Positions 1-9,281 of a stretch of 64,000 nt of DNA are shown one piece after another. The stretch spans positions 55,070-119,069 of the forward strand of contig JAPDKB010000007.1 of the NCBI GenBank assembly GCA_029258795.1. Direction: 5' to 3'. A program made the position numbers and the translations under genes. Below the pieces are notes generated by a model. It was not told the origin of the DNA, did not search any database, and worked only from the letters and a program-made list of their open reading frames with translations. Within the stretch, counting starts at the first letter, position 1, and each line of letters begins with the position of its first letter. This DNA is from an archaeon. Lineage in GTDB: Archaea > EX4484-52 > WAPT01.

Positions 1-266
1 TCTCCCGGCAGAACTGAAAATGGAAATTGCTCTACGACAGAACAAGAGACATTTACCGCCTCTTCATTTCCATCATTGACGACCTTAATCCAGACATCCA
101 GATCCTTCCCCGCTTCAGCAGGATAGGGTTCATATTTAACGTTCAACACGGTTAGATGTGGCGCAGCAAAAGCACCCGTGTTCATAAACACCAACACGAT
201 TAATGCAAAAACTAGCGCACGCACCACATTTCCATAATCAATTCTGTGCTCATATTTGCCAGACAT
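1..266 (-). CDS. Partial CDS (N-terminal part; the gene runs off the left edge): putative secreted/surface protein with a CARDB/S-layer-like beta domain
   Basis: ATG at 266 on the minus strand gives MSGKYEHRIDYGNVVRALVFALIVLVFMNTGAFAAPHLTVLNVKYEPYPAEAGKDLDVWIKVVNDGNEEAVNVS... This is a hydrophobic signal/anchor followed by a pattern typical of CARDB-type domains. The frame stays open to the window edge. It is not in the supplied ORF track because it is incomplete. Confidence 0.4.
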   Translation of the reverse strand, partial: MSGKYEHRIDYGNVVRALVFALIVLVFMNTGAFAAPHLTVLNVKYEPYPAEAGKDLDVWIKVVNDGNEEAVNVSCSVVEQFPFSVLPG

Positions 267-395
267 AACTCCACCACCCCTGAATTTATATCGAACCGAT
301 ATATTCGTCTATTATCGTAAAATTATTTATAGATTTCGGTGACATCCCACACAAAAATAAAAAGCACCTACCCAAACTTACGGCAGCACCACAGT

Positions 396-1100
396 TCATA
401 TTCTCATTATCTTGACCAGAGTTTCAACTCTGTCCTCCATTTTCTGGAGCTGCTCCACGCATCTCTCCAGCTCATCTATGCCTTTAGAGCGAGTGTCCTT
501 CATCTCTTTTATCAGCTTGGTGAGCTCTCCAGTGCTTGAGCCTATCTCGCGGAGCATGGACACAATCTCTTTATATCTGGATAAGCTCACGAAGACCGGT
601 CCTTCAACCTCGGCAATGGAGCGCATCTCCAGCATCCTTTTTTCGAGATTTTCTGCACTCATCTCCTCACGGACAGCAGGACTTCTGACACTCTCTTTCT
701 TGGGAGCTTGAAGAGCTTGAGCTGGTTGGGCATCGGATCCTGAAGCAACCTCCTTTCCTTCACTCTGCTCAACACTCTCCACACGGAACAGCTCCTCCTC
801 AATCGGCTTCAGATTTTCCAGCTCCGCAACTTCCTCTTCTGGAATCACCTCAATTTTCTCCATCTCTTCCTTCACTTTCTCCGATTTCTTCTCCTTCTTT
901 TTACTCGGAGCCACTTTGACCTCTTCCTTAGCTTCAGGCACGACTTCCGTAACTTCCACTATCTCCTTTCCCCCCTCCTTCGTTTCAGAAGCAGCAGCTT
1001 CAACATCCTTTGCTATCTCCTTCAATTCCTCTTCAAGAAGTTTGAGTTCATCATCAAGTTTATCATGTTTTTTTGCTTTTTTTGAGGTTCTGGCTACCAT
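396..1100 (-). CDS. Hypothetical Lys/Glu-rich coiled-coil protein with a conserved-looking C-terminal helical domain
   Basis: ORF 396..1184. The likely true start is the internal MVARTSKKAKK at 1100, 5 nt after the gltX stop at 1105. Composition is low-complexity KE-rich. The C-terminus is GPVFVSLSRYKEIVSMLREI...; I do not recognise a family. Confidence 0.5.
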   Translation of the reverse strand: MVARTSKKAKKHDKLDDELKLLEEELKEIAKDVEAAASETKEGGKEIVEVTEVVPEAKEEVKVAPSKKKEKKSEKVKEEMEKIEVIPEEEVAELENLKPIEEELFRVESVEQSEGKEVASGSDAQPAQALQAPKKESVRSPAVREEMSAENLEKRMLEMRSIAEVEGPVFVSLSRYKEIVSMLREIGSSTGELTKLIKEMKDTRSKGIDELERCVEQLQKMEDRVETLVKIMRI

Positions 1101-1104
1101 GGTA

Positions 1105-2901
1105 TCACCTGTGTGTATAATATGCCAGCAATTCTTTATTAAGTTTATCATAGCTTTCAATTCTGCAGAATCCGAATCGTTCAAACTGGACTATTGTGTC
1201 GGGCTTCACACTGGCACATGTGCTCTCAGCATAACCCTTGAGAATTGTTGCATCAGGCATTACAACACGTGCACTGATGAAATCATGGGCTGGTACCCAC
1301 TGCACCTTTACAATTTTCCTCATATCCACTTCATCATCTTCAATCCTCCTTACCACCATTCTATCATTTTCCTCCCCCACAAACTCCACATTCATCAGAT
1401 CTTTTAATCTTACAATCCTCTGAGTCCTCAGGAGCTCCGCGTCCTGCTTGGTTATGTAAGCTTTACCTTTGAACTCCAGCTTTCTATGGCCACGCCCCCT
1501 GAAATCCGGATGTAACGGAGGTGTGGCAGCTACGGGCTGAGTGCAGTTTTCAATCTCCAGAAGAACAGGGTCATGCACGAAAAAGTATCTGTTTGCCAGC
1601 GGATCGATAAGCCTTCTGTTCTCCTTGTAGAGCGCTTCCACCGGCACCACTATATCTGCTTCGCTCATGCCAACTGATAGCACGAACCTTCTGATGGCTT
1701 CCGGCATGAAGCCCCTCTTTCTCAACGATTGCATGCTCCAGGTGCGCGGATCATGCCATCCCATGAACTCTCCACTTTTCACCTCCTTCTGGAACTTGCT
1801 CTTGCTGAGCTTTACACCTTCTATCCTCATCAGGCCAGTGTGAATAACAACGGGGTGCTCCCAACCAAAAATATCCCAGATGAACTTTTCCATCTCCGTC
1901 TCCATCATCAGATCCTTACCCCTCAGAATGTGGGTGATGCCAAGAAGATGGTCGTCTATAGCCCAGGAGAATTCCAGCAGAGGCCACACCACATACTTGT
2001 TTCCTACTCGCGGATGCTCTCTTTCACTTATCCTCATGAGCACTCTATCCCTGAAAGCTGGGTTCGGGTGCTTCATGTCCGTTTTTATGCGGAGGGATGC
2101 CTCCCCCTCTTTATACTCGTGGTTCAGCATCCTTTCAAAATATTCAAGGTTTTCTTCAACGCTCTGCTTCCTGTGCTCGCACTCCATACCCTTCCTCCTG
2201 TTCTCCCTCAAAGTTTCCACGTCGCAGAGGCACACGTATGCCTTACCCATTTCTATGAGCTTCCTCGCATAATCGTAATAGAGCTCCAGCCTGTCGGATT
2301 TATAAACAACCTCATGCCATTCAACGCCGAGCCATCTCAACCCCTCGGGAATCAAATCATAAGCTTCGGGATCTATCTCCTTTCCTCCCCCGCCGATGGT
2401 GTCGTCAAAGACCAGAATGAGCTTTCCATCGTACATTTTCACATACTCATCGTTGAGAATGAAGGGCCTAGCGTTGCCTATATGGATCGGGCCTGAAGGA
2501 AAGGGTGCTATGCGCATCACGACTTTTCCTTTTTCCGCATGAGGTAATGGAGGGAGCTTTACTCCTTCATCCCCACCTTTTTCCTCCTCAACTGTAGCCA
2601 CACCAAGCTCCGTTGCAAGCTTCTCCATTTCCTCTTTGCTCATCGAATTGACCTTAGCAACAGCTCGCTTTACCGCTTCCATCACAGCTTTTATATCCTT
2701 CTTCAGCTCGGGATTCTCCTTAAGAATCATACCCATAACTGGCTTCTCACTCGCTTTACTATCGTGCTGCAGCGCATTTTTCAGAGCCATTCGAAGCGCG
2801 ATATCTTTCAGATTCTGCATAGGAGGCATGCTGATATTATGAAGGGTAACATTTTTTAAAAGCTCCGTCAGAGGTGTGCGCAAGCGAATTGACGGATTCA
2901 C
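1105..2901 (-). CDS. gltX: Glutamyl-tRNA synthetase, archaeal/eukaryal type
   Basis: HIGH motif (PSGPIHIGNARPFILN) and KMSKS-like motif (VKLSKSK). The N-terminal helical region (ALKNALQHDSKASEKPVMGMILKENPELK) is typical of archaeal GluRS as far as I recall. The true start is probably an internal Met, near 2829 or 2820. Confidence 0.93.
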   Translation of the reverse strand: MNPSIRLRTPLTELLKNVTLHNISMPPMQNLKDIALRMALKNALQHDSKASEKPVMGMILKENPELKKDIKAVMEAVKRAVAKVNSMSKEEMEKLATELGVATVEEEKGGDEGVKLPPLPHAEKGKVVMRIAPFPSGPIHIGNARPFILNDEYVKMYDGKLILVFDDTIGGGGKEIDPEAYDLIPEGLRWLGVEWHEVVYKSDRLELYYDYARKLIEMGKAYVCLCDVETLRENRRKGMECEHRKQSVEENLEYFERMLNHEYKEGEASLRIKTDMKHPNPAFRDRVLMRISEREHPRVGNKYVVWPLLEFSWAIDDHLLGITHILRGKDLMMETEMEKFIWDIFGWEHPVVIHTGLMRIEGVKLSKSKFQKEVKSGEFMGWHDPRTWSMQSLRKRGFMPEAIRRFVLSVGMSEADIVVPVEALYKENRRLIDPLANRYFFVHDPVLLEIENCTQPVAATPPLHPDFRGRGHRKLEFKGKAYITKQDAELLRTQRIVRLKDLMNVEFVGEENDRMVVRRIEDDEVDMRKIVKVQWVPAHDFISARVVMPDATILKGYAESTCASVKPDTIVQFERFGFCRIESYDKLNKELLAYYTHR

Positions 2902-3075
2902 CCTACTCGGTCAGAAACAGCAGCCCCACTCCAAAGAAAGTCAAACAAAGCAAGATTAGAGCTACGAGTCCACTCAGCAAATCCATGAAAGTTTTGATGG
3001 ATGAAGTTGAATATAAAGCTTTTTGTGTCTCGAGATACCGAAAAAATTAATAATTATGTGTTTTCTACCATTTTC

Positions 3076-3261
3076 ATGGTTCACGACCCCATCGAATATA
3101 TCAGAAAGATAAGGCAAGAGGAGCTGGAGAAGTGCACCGCAGCCCTGAGGGCTGCAAGAGGAGAGGAAATAGAAAAAGCTATGCTGGCAAAAAGCTACCG
3201 GGAAGAAAGATGGCAGCAACTCTACGAGCTGCCGAGAGATCTGCAGAAAAAATATGTGTGA
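3076..3261 (+). CDS. Small hypothetical helical protein (61 aa from the internal Met)
   Basis: ORF 3001..3261. The plausible start is MVHDPIEYIRKIRQEELEK. It converges on the RuBisCO 3' end. No family recognised. Confidence 0.25.
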   Translation: MVHDPIEYIRKIRQEELEKCTAALRAARGEEIEKAMLAKSYREERWQQLYELPRDLQKKYV

Positions 3262-3262
3262 G

Positions 3263-4687
3263 TTATATCGTCCACACTTCCCTGAAGCTCATCCTGCCGG
3301 AGAGTACCATTTCCACAAGCAAGTCCCTGTTCTTCTTCTCAAACTCAAGCTTGCCGTAAATCTCGCGGGGGTCAGCATAATTGAAGTAGGAAAGCGCTTC
3401 CTTCAGCTCTTTGTGTTTTTTAGCATATTCCTTAAGCGATTTACCTTCAGCCACAGCTTCTGCTGCCTGCCTCATGGCTCTGGCTCCGGCTTTCGTGCCC
3501 TTCGGATGGCCGTGCACGCCACCCCCTGCCTGCGCAGTAACATTTTTGCCGTGCAAAGCTATGAGCGCTTCCATTCTTGCCGGATCGAGCCCTCCAGAAG
3601 CAACAGGCATGAGCGGCTTTATGTGGGGAGCAAACTCAAACTCCAAGGCGCCAAGGTAAAGTTTATCGTGCACCTTTCTCTTTTCTGCAATCTCGTGAAA
3701 GTGCTTTATCAAAAGCGTGCCTCCTTCCATCTTGCCCACTCCCGTGCCTATGTGGAGCTGATCCACCCCAATCATGCGGTAAAGCTTCTCAAGCACCTGA
3801 AAGTTTATGCCGAAAGATCCGCGATGCCAGGCAGCGTAGCCAGCTCTGTGTGCATGGATGGCAAGCCTCCTTTTTCTCGCTTCCTCCACCAGAAAGCTGA
3901 GCGCAGCAAATCCAAGAATGAAAACATCCAGCATTATCATGTTGTGCCCTCTTTCCACCACGTAATCCATTCTATCCAGCATCCTTTCGAAGCTCACATC
4001 GGTGATGTTGGTGCAATACAGCTTTTTCTCGCCCGTTTCCCTTTCAGCTTTATCCATCGCATCAAAGGTGGCATCAAACCTTTCCTTCCATTTGCAGAAC
4101 TCCTGATCCACCAGATTCTCATCATCCTTGACAAGGTCAAGACCACCGACCCAAGAATCGTATGCAACCTGCGCAAACTCCTTCGGAGCAAGCCCGACCT
4201 TTGGCTTGACTATGGTGCCGACATGCGGCCTTCTGTTTTTGGTGGTGCCGACATGCTTCCTTATGCCCTCAAGTCCGTAGAGCGGGCCCTTGAACTGCTT
4301 CTGGAACTCAGCGGGGAACTTTATGTCCAGCACGTAAAGCTCGTCCAGCTCTTTCAGGCCAAATATGTTTCCGAGCACTGACGCTTGGAATTGCAGCAGG
4401 TTTTTGGTGTCGAAATGCTGGAAGGGATAAGCCACAAAAACGTAGCCGGATGTCTCGCTCGTTTTCTCGATTCTGAAAACTCTTGCTCTGTATTCCTTCA
4501 GAACTTTCTCGTTCATGGTCTTAATCGCGACCCATGTTCCGACCGAGCTCTCGGAAGCCACGGCTTCAGCAAGCTTCTCCACCCTTTCCTTTCCCTTCAC
4601 CCAGAAAAGCACGATGAAATCATCCTTTCCCGGCTGGTAATCCGGCTCAAGATAACTGTAGCCGCCGTATGCCATAAAACCCACCAC
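3263..4687 (-). CDS. rbcL: Ribulose-1,5-bisphosphate carboxylase/oxygenase large subunit, archaeal form III (or II/III)-like
   Basis: Catalytic signatures are all visible: ESSVGTW, GNIFGLK, VKPKVGL, GGLDLVKDDENL, IHAHRAG, HIGTGVGKMEG, PVASGGL. Length is 474 aa, with extra C-terminal residues. Confidence 0.9.
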   Translation of the reverse strand: MVGFMAYGGYSYLEPDYQPGKDDFIVLFWVKGKERVEKLAEAVASESSVGTWVAIKTMNEKVLKEYRARVFRIEKTSETSGYVFVAYPFQHFDTKNLLQFQASVLGNIFGLKELDELYVLDIKFPAEFQKQFKGPLYGLEGIRKHVGTTKNRRPHVGTIVKPKVGLAPKEFAQVAYDSWVGGLDLVKDDENLVDQEFCKWKERFDATFDAMDKAERETGEKKLYCTNITDVSFERMLDRMDYVVERGHNMIMLDVFILGFAALSFLVEEARKRRLAIHAHRAGYAAWHRGSFGINFQVLEKLYRMIGVDQLHIGTGVGKMEGGTLLIKHFHEIAEKRKVHDKLYLGALEFEFAPHIKPLMPVASGGLDPARMEALIALHGKNVTAQAGGGVHGHPKGTKAGARAMRQAAEAVAEGKSLKEYAKKHKELKEALSYFNYADPREIYGKLEFEKKNRDLLVEMVLSGRMSFREVWTI

Positions 4688-4734
4688 TGTCCTGCACTCA
4701 ACATATCTAAAGTTTTCGTTCCAATATATAAATT

Positions 4735-5031
4735 ATGGTCGCCGACAATAACAACACCCGGACTGCAGCTCTCATAAGAGTATATGGCGTGGTGCAGGGC
4801 GTTGGCTACAGGGCTTTTGCCATGCAGCGTGCAGAAAGGTTGGGGCTGGTTGGCTACGTGAGGAATCTGGATGACGGAAGCGTGGAAGTTTATGCGGAAG
4901 GGGAAAAGCAGGCAATAGAAGCGCTGATAAAAGAACTGGAAGAAGGTCCGTTTCTTGCAAGGGTGGAGAAGGTGGATGTGCAGTGGGTCGAGCCCTCAGG
5001 AAGCTATGAGGAGTTCAGGATAGAATATTGA
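4735..5031 (+). CDS. acyP: Acylphosphatase
   Basis: 98 aa with the signature VYGVVQGVGYRAFAMQRAERLGLVGYVRNLDDGSVEV. Confidence 0.85.
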   Translation: MVADNNNTRTAALIRVYGVVQGVGYRAFAMQRAERLGLVGYVRNLDDGSVEVYAEGEKQAIEALIKELEEGPFLARVEKVDVQWVEPSGSYEEFRIEY

Positions 5032-5092
5032 TGGAAACGAAAAAGCTGAGCGAGTTATTGCAAGTTATTGACAACAACATGCAACAACAAAA

Positions 5093-6409
5093 TCACAACC
5101 CGAAGCCCGGCATGAGCTTGCCCATCTTCATTCCCCTCCTGAACATCCTGCCCTTCTTCAGCTTCCTGATCATCTTCTTCATTTCCTTGTAAGCTTTGAT
5201 TAGTTCAGCTACTTCTTCAGGCTTCGTTCCGCTACCCCTCGCTATCCTCTCGATTCTGGAGCGGTTTATGATTTCGGGATTCATCCTCTCTTCCTTCGTC
5301 ATCGAATCTATCATGTACTTCCACTTTTTGAACTTCTCCTCCTGCACCTCCAGCATATCCTTCGGTATCTTCACACCCGGCAGCGGAAGCATCTCCATAA
5401 TTCTGGCAAGTCCGCCCATCTTCCTAACATTTTCTATTTGCGCGTAGAAATCCAGAATGGTGAACTCGCCCTCCAGCATTCTTTTTGCCTGCTCCTCATC
5501 CACAACTTCTTTTGCCTTTTCAAGCAGCGTTTGCAGATCACCCATACCAAGGAGGCGAGAGACAAACCTGACGGGATCGTACTCCTCAAGATCGTCTATT
5601 TTCTCTCCAACCCCTATGAACTTGACTTTTGCTCCAGAGGCGTGACAGGCAGAGAGAGCTCCACCCCCCTTGGCTGATGAGTCCATTTTGGTCACTATTA
5701 TTCCTGTTATGCCTATCGCTTCGTTGAATCCTTTGGCTTGAGTGTAAGCCGCCTGTCCGATATCCCCAGATATAACGAGCCATTTTTCATCAGGATTGAG
5801 AATGCTCACTATAGATTTGAGTTCATGAATGAGCTCGTCATCCAGCGCTGACCTTCCTGCAGAGTCCACAATCATAACATCATACTTTTTCTCATCATAA
5901 ACTCTCATCGCTTCCCGTACGATTTTCGTCGCATCCCTCTCGTTCTCCATCCCGAAGAAATCTATGCCGTGCTTCTCACACAGTTGTTTGAGCTGAGCAT
6001 AAGCGGCTGGCCTGTGCACATCTGCCGCAACCGCAAGCACCTTCAAGCCGCGCTTCATGAAATACCTCGCGAGTTTAGCAGTACTCGTTGTCTTCCCGCT
6101 TCCGTAAATTCCCACAAGCAGAATCTTCTGCTTACCGATGTTGATTTCAGCTTTACTCTCTCCCAGCAACTCCACAAGCTCGTCATAAACAACCTTTATA
6201 ACATGCTCCCTTCTTGTCATTCCTGCGGGGGGTTCTTTTTCAAGTGCTCTTTCCTTTATCCGCTTGGAAAGTTCAAAAACCAGCTTTACATCAACATCCG
6301 ATTGAATAAGAACACGCTGAATATTCCTCACAAGTTCTTCCACTTCCGCTTTACCTGGGGAGGGCTTTGAAAGGAAAGCCCCCACAGCATCCTTAAGCTT
6401 GGATAGCAT
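5093..6409 (-). CDS. srp54: Signal recognition particle protein SRP54
   Basis: NG domain GTPase motifs (GIYGSGKTT, DSAGR, TKMDSSAKGG) plus a Met-rich M domain at the C-terminus. Confidence 0.95.
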   Translation of the reverse strand: MLSKLKDAVGAFLSKPSPGKAEVEELVRNIQRVLIQSDVDVKLVFELSKRIKERALEKEPPAGMTRREHVIKVVYDELVELLGESKAEINIGKQKILLVGIYGSGKTTSTAKLARYFMKRGLKVLAVAADVHRPAAYAQLKQLCEKHGIDFFGMENERDATKIVREAMRVYDEKKYDVMIVDSAGRSALDDELIHELKSIVSILNPDEKWLVISGDIGQAAYTQAKGFNEAIGITGIIVTKMDSSAKGGGALSACHASGAKVKFIGVGEKIDDLEEYDPVRFVSRLLGMGDLQTLLEKAKEVVDEEQAKRMLEGEFTILDFYAQIENVRKMGGLARIMEMLPLPGVKIPKDMLEVQEEKFKKWKYMIDSMTKEERMNPEIINRSRIERIARGSGTKPEEVAELIKAYKEMKKMIRKLKKGRMFRRGMKMGKLMPGFGL

Positions 6410-6544
6410 GAACGTTGTTTTGGTGGCTTAATTTTTTAAGATTGTAAAGCTTGTTTAGGGCGTGCTCTGTGCGAGCTGTGCAAACGCAGCACATTTTTAA
6501 AGGTTCATGTACAGAAGCATGGTAAAGCGATAGAGGTGTGTAGA

Positions 6545-6970
6545 ATGGTGGATGAGCAGCAGAGGTTTGCAAAAATCATGCAGGCGGAAATTTATGGGCA
6601 GGAGATGAAGAAGCTGGAGCAGGAATACGGCATGTTGATGATGCGGCTTCAGGAACTGGAAAAAACCGTAAAGGCACTGGATGACGTGATCGCAAAGAAA
6701 AAATTCAAGGCGATGGTTCCGTTAGGGAGCGGTATATTCCTCAATACTGAAGTGAATGACGTCTCTCAGTTTCTTGTTGCGGTCAGCTCAAAATATCTGG
6801 TTAAGATGGATCCGAAAAGGGCAAGAGAGTTCCTACAGGAACAGAAGAAGCTTGTGGAGGATGCTGCTGAAAGGCTTGAGAAGCAGTTCGAAGCTCTGGA
6901 AGAACAGCTTCAGAAGGTCGTCAACGAGCTGCAGGAAATGGAACGGGAAACCGAAAGCCATAATGAGTGA
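6545..6970 (+). CDS. pfdA: Prefoldin alpha subunit
   Basis: About 141 aa with coiled coil, beta hairpins (VPLGSGIFLNTEV) and coiled coil. The ATG at 6545 is preceded by GAGGTG. Confidence 0.8.
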   Translation: MVDEQQRFAKIMQAEIYGQEMKKLEQEYGMLMMRLQELEKTVKALDDVIAKKKFKAMVPLGSGIFLNTEVNDVSQFLVAVSSKYLVKMDPKRAREFLQEQKKLVEDAAERLEKQFEALEEQLQKVVNELQEMERETESHNE

Positions 6971-7497
6971 TGGTTCATTTTTACTTTCACACTGGCGCAG
7001 GTGGAAGGAGGATGGTAAGAGGAAGTGTGGTTGATGAAGCCCCTCATATCAACGATTTTGCCAAGGACCCTTACAAAGACAGAATAGTTGTCGGAGTGAT
7101 CATCTATATCTTCGATGAAAAGGGCAGAACACTTCTGTTTAAGAGGAAGAACCACCCGTATCAGGGTTACTGGGAAGCTGTCGGAGGTAAGGTGAACTTT
7201 CTGGAAAGGCTGGAGGAAGCGGCTGTACGTGAAGCGGAGGAGGAAGCGGGAATAAAGATAGAGGAGGAAGATCTCAAATTCGTGTGTGTTTTTCAGCATA
7301 TAGTGAAGAAGGAAAGATATCATCGTGTTCTTGTGGTTTATGCCACCAAGGTTGATTCGTCGGTGCATATAAAACTCAGCGAGCATGATGAGTATGGATG
7401 GTTCGAGATGAATAAACTGCCGGAAAAGTTTCTCTGCGGGCCTGTGGAAGAAGCTTACAAAGTGGTGTTCGGTGAAGAACCGTGCTTAAACGACTGA
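6967..7497 (+). CDS. NUDIX hydrolase
   Basis: Nudix box GGKVNFLERLEEAAVREAEEEAGI. The start is uncertain (6967 or an internal Met near 7012). Confidence 0.8.
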   Translation: MMVHFYFHTGAGGRRMVRGSVVDEAPHINDFAKDPYKDRIVVGVIIYIFDEKGRTLLFKRKNHPYQGYWEAVGGKVNFLERLEEAAVREAEEEAGIKIEEEDLKFVCVFQHIVKKERYHRVLVVYATKVDSSVHIKLSEHDEYGWFEMNKLPEKFLCGPVEEAYKVVFGEEPCLND

Positions 7498-8522
7498 AGA
7501 AAAGACTGGAGAGTATTTTCAAGGATGTGGAAGAAGAACTTGAAGAGAAGGAAGTGGAAGGGCTGGAAGGTAAAGAATCTAAGGATGGGATGGCAAAAGA
7601 GGTTAATGGTAGTGGTGAGGTTAGAAAAGACGAGGGGAGGGCTGCTGAAAAAAGCAAAGCACTGCCATTGTTAACGGTTAAGCTTGATGAGAGTAAGCTT
7701 GATGATCTTCTCTGGCAGGTGGAGCTTGCGATGCTGGAAAACAATGTGGCTGAGGAAGCATCTTCCTTCATCTGCCAGAAAGCGAAGGAAAAGTTGATGG
7801 GTAAGGTTGTGAGCAGAAAGGACGTTGGTAAGGTTGTCAAGCAGGCCATAAGGGATGTGATGGAAGAGCTTTTAACATGGGATGATGTTGATGTTGTCAA
7901 GATTGTTGAGGGAAGAGCGAAGGAAGGTAAGCCAGCACTCATTCTTTTCTTTGGATTTAACGGTACGGGTAAGACGACAACCATGGCTAAAGTGGCGAAG
8001 ATGCTTAAAGATCACGGCTTCAGTGTCGTTTTTGCGGCAGCAGACACTTTCCGTGCTGCTAGCATAGAGCAGCTGGAGGAGCACGGTTCGAAGCTGGGTA
8101 TTAGAGTGATAAAGCACAAGTACGGCTCTGACCCCGCTGCCGTGATTTTTGATGCCATGCGCTATGCGGAAAGCAAGGGGATAAACGCTGTGCTTGCAGA
8201 TACAGCGGGGAGGAGTCACGCTGACAGAAACCTTCTGGAAGAGCTGAAGAAGATCGTGAGGGTGAACAAGCCAGATCTGCGCATCCTTGTGCTTGAAGCC
8301 ATAGCTGGCAACGATATAGTGGAGCAGGCGAGGAGGTTTGAGGAGGCGGGAGTGGATGGGATAATTCTAACCAAGTGGGATGTTGATGAGAGGGGGGGAG
8401 CCGCTGTCTCAGTTTCCTACGTATTGAAAAAGCCCATCCTCTTCATAGGCACGGGACAGAACTATGAGGATTTGGAGAAGTTTGACAAAAAGAGGGTGCT
8501 GGACGAGATAATCGGAAACTGA
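7482..8522 (+). CDS. ftsY: SRP receptor FtsY
   Basis: Acidic N-terminal region followed by an NG domain (GFNGTGKTTT, DTAGRSH, TKWDVDERGG). Confidence 0.93.
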   Translation: MLKRLKKRLESIFKDVEEELEEKEVEGLEGKESKDGMAKEVNGSGEVRKDEGRAAEKSKALPLLTVKLDESKLDDLLWQVELAMLENNVAEEASSFICQKAKEKLMGKVVSRKDVGKVVKQAIRDVMEELLTWDDVDVVKIVEGRAKEGKPALILFFGFNGTGKTTTMAKVAKMLKDHGFSVVFAAADTFRAASIEQLEEHGSKLGIRVIKHKYGSDPAAVIFDAMRYAESKGINAVLADTAGRSHADRNLLEELKKIVRVNKPDLRILVLEAIAGNDIVEQARRFEEAGVDGIILTKWDVDERGGAAVSVSYVLKKPILFIGTGQNYEDLEKFDKKRVLDEIIGN

Positions 8523-8548
8523 TATAAAGATTTAAATTCTAGTTTTTT

Positions 8549-9028
8549 GTGGGGGTTGAAATGGTGTTGACAATAAGGAAGATAAAGAGTAAAGAAATGG
8601 AAGATGTTGAACTTTCTGAGGTGGAGGCAAAGATAGAACAATTGAAAAAAGAAGTAGAAGAAAAAAAGAAAAAGGAAAAAACATTGATTAGTAAAAAGAA
8701 AGATGATGAAGAAAATAAAAAAATTAAAAAAGAAATTAGTTCGCTTCATAATGAGGTAGAAATGCTCAAGATGGAAGTTGATAAAATTAAAAATATCGAG
8801 AGCTCTGAGCTAAACCAAAAAATCAAAATTCTTGAAGCCGAATTGAATGGATTAAAACCGGTTGTCGATAATTTGCGTGCTGAGTTTGAATCCAGTGAAA
8901 AGAGAAAGGATGATTTGAACAGAATAAAAGAGCTCGAAAGCCATGTAAAGGAGCTCGAGGACAAGCTTCTGAAAATGGAAGAGACGATGCTCAAGATGCT
9001 GGGTCTTATAGAACAGCTAGTTAAATGA
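8549..9028 (+). CDS. Hypothetical coiled-coil protein (KE-rich)
   Basis: 159-aa ORF with heptad-like KE-rich sequence. No family recognised. Confidence 0.45.
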   Translation: MGVEMVLTIRKIKSKEMEDVELSEVEAKIEQLKKEVEEKKKKEKTLISKKKDDEENKKIKKEISSLHNEVEMLKMEVDKIKNIESSELNQKIKILEAELNGLKPVVDNLRAEFESSEKRKDDLNRIKELESHVKELEDKLLKMEETMLKMLGLIEQLVK

Positions 9029-9038
9029 TATGATTTTG

Positions 9039-9203
9039 TGGCGAGCCCGGGGGGATTTCCAGCAGGGCTCAAAAGCCATCAGGTTTTCTTGTAGAAACCC
9101 TGATTTTGAACCCCCGACCACTGGCTCCGAAGGCCAGCGCTCTTTCTGACCGCACAGCTTTACAGAGCGTGGCCGTGCGGAGTCCAGACTGAGCTACGGG
9201 CCC
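9039..9203 (-). tRNA. tRNA-Arg (anticodon UCG) with two non-canonical introns (D-loop and T-loop); CCA encoded
   Basis: The reverse complement reads GGGCCCG-TA-GCTC-AGTCTGGA[~38 nt insert]..GAGC-G-CTGGC-CTTCGGA-GCCAG-TGGTC-GGGGG-TTCAAA[~49 nt insert]T-CCCCC-CGGGCTC-G-CCA. All four stems pair once the two inserts are removed. Each insert can form its own hairpin (CCGCAC/GTGCGG; ATCAGGGTTT/AAAACCTGAT). Exact splice junctions were not determined. Confidence 0.8.
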
Positions 9204-9281
9204 GCTTGATATACATCAAAATTAAGTCAGTCATTCTTTAAAATTCTTTCTCTGAAACGCAGCATGCAAAGAGCAAGAATT

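Noticed and set aside
2520-2901. N-terminal ~110-aa helical region of GluRS as an unusual GatB/YqeY-like fusion
   Set aside because: To my recollection, archaeal GluRS proteins normally carry this N-terminal region (ALxNAxxHxGKA...), so I treat it as family-typical.
3254-4381. 375-aa ORF on the plus strand
   Set aside because: It is entirely antisense to the RuBisCO gene, whose catalytic motifs are unmistakable. Its translation is low-complexity and Leu/Ser/His-rich with no recognisable motif. It is a shadow ORF.
3263-4687. Possibility that the RuBisCO homologue is a form IV RuBisCO-like protein
   Set aside because: The carbamylated-Lys motif (KDDE), KPK, HxHRA, GK-x-EG and PVxSGG motifs are all present. 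RLPs lack several of these.
7376-7984. 202-aa Ser/Leu-rich ORF on the minus strand
   Set aside because: It is antisense to the acidic N-terminal region of ftsY. The compositional mirror effect explains the open frame.
8630-8760. Purine-rich, A-tract-rich stretch that looks repeat-like
   Set aside because: It is simply the Lys/Glu-rich coding sequence of the coiled-coil ORF 8549..9028. It has no regular period or spacer structure, so it is not a CRISPR array or a satellite.
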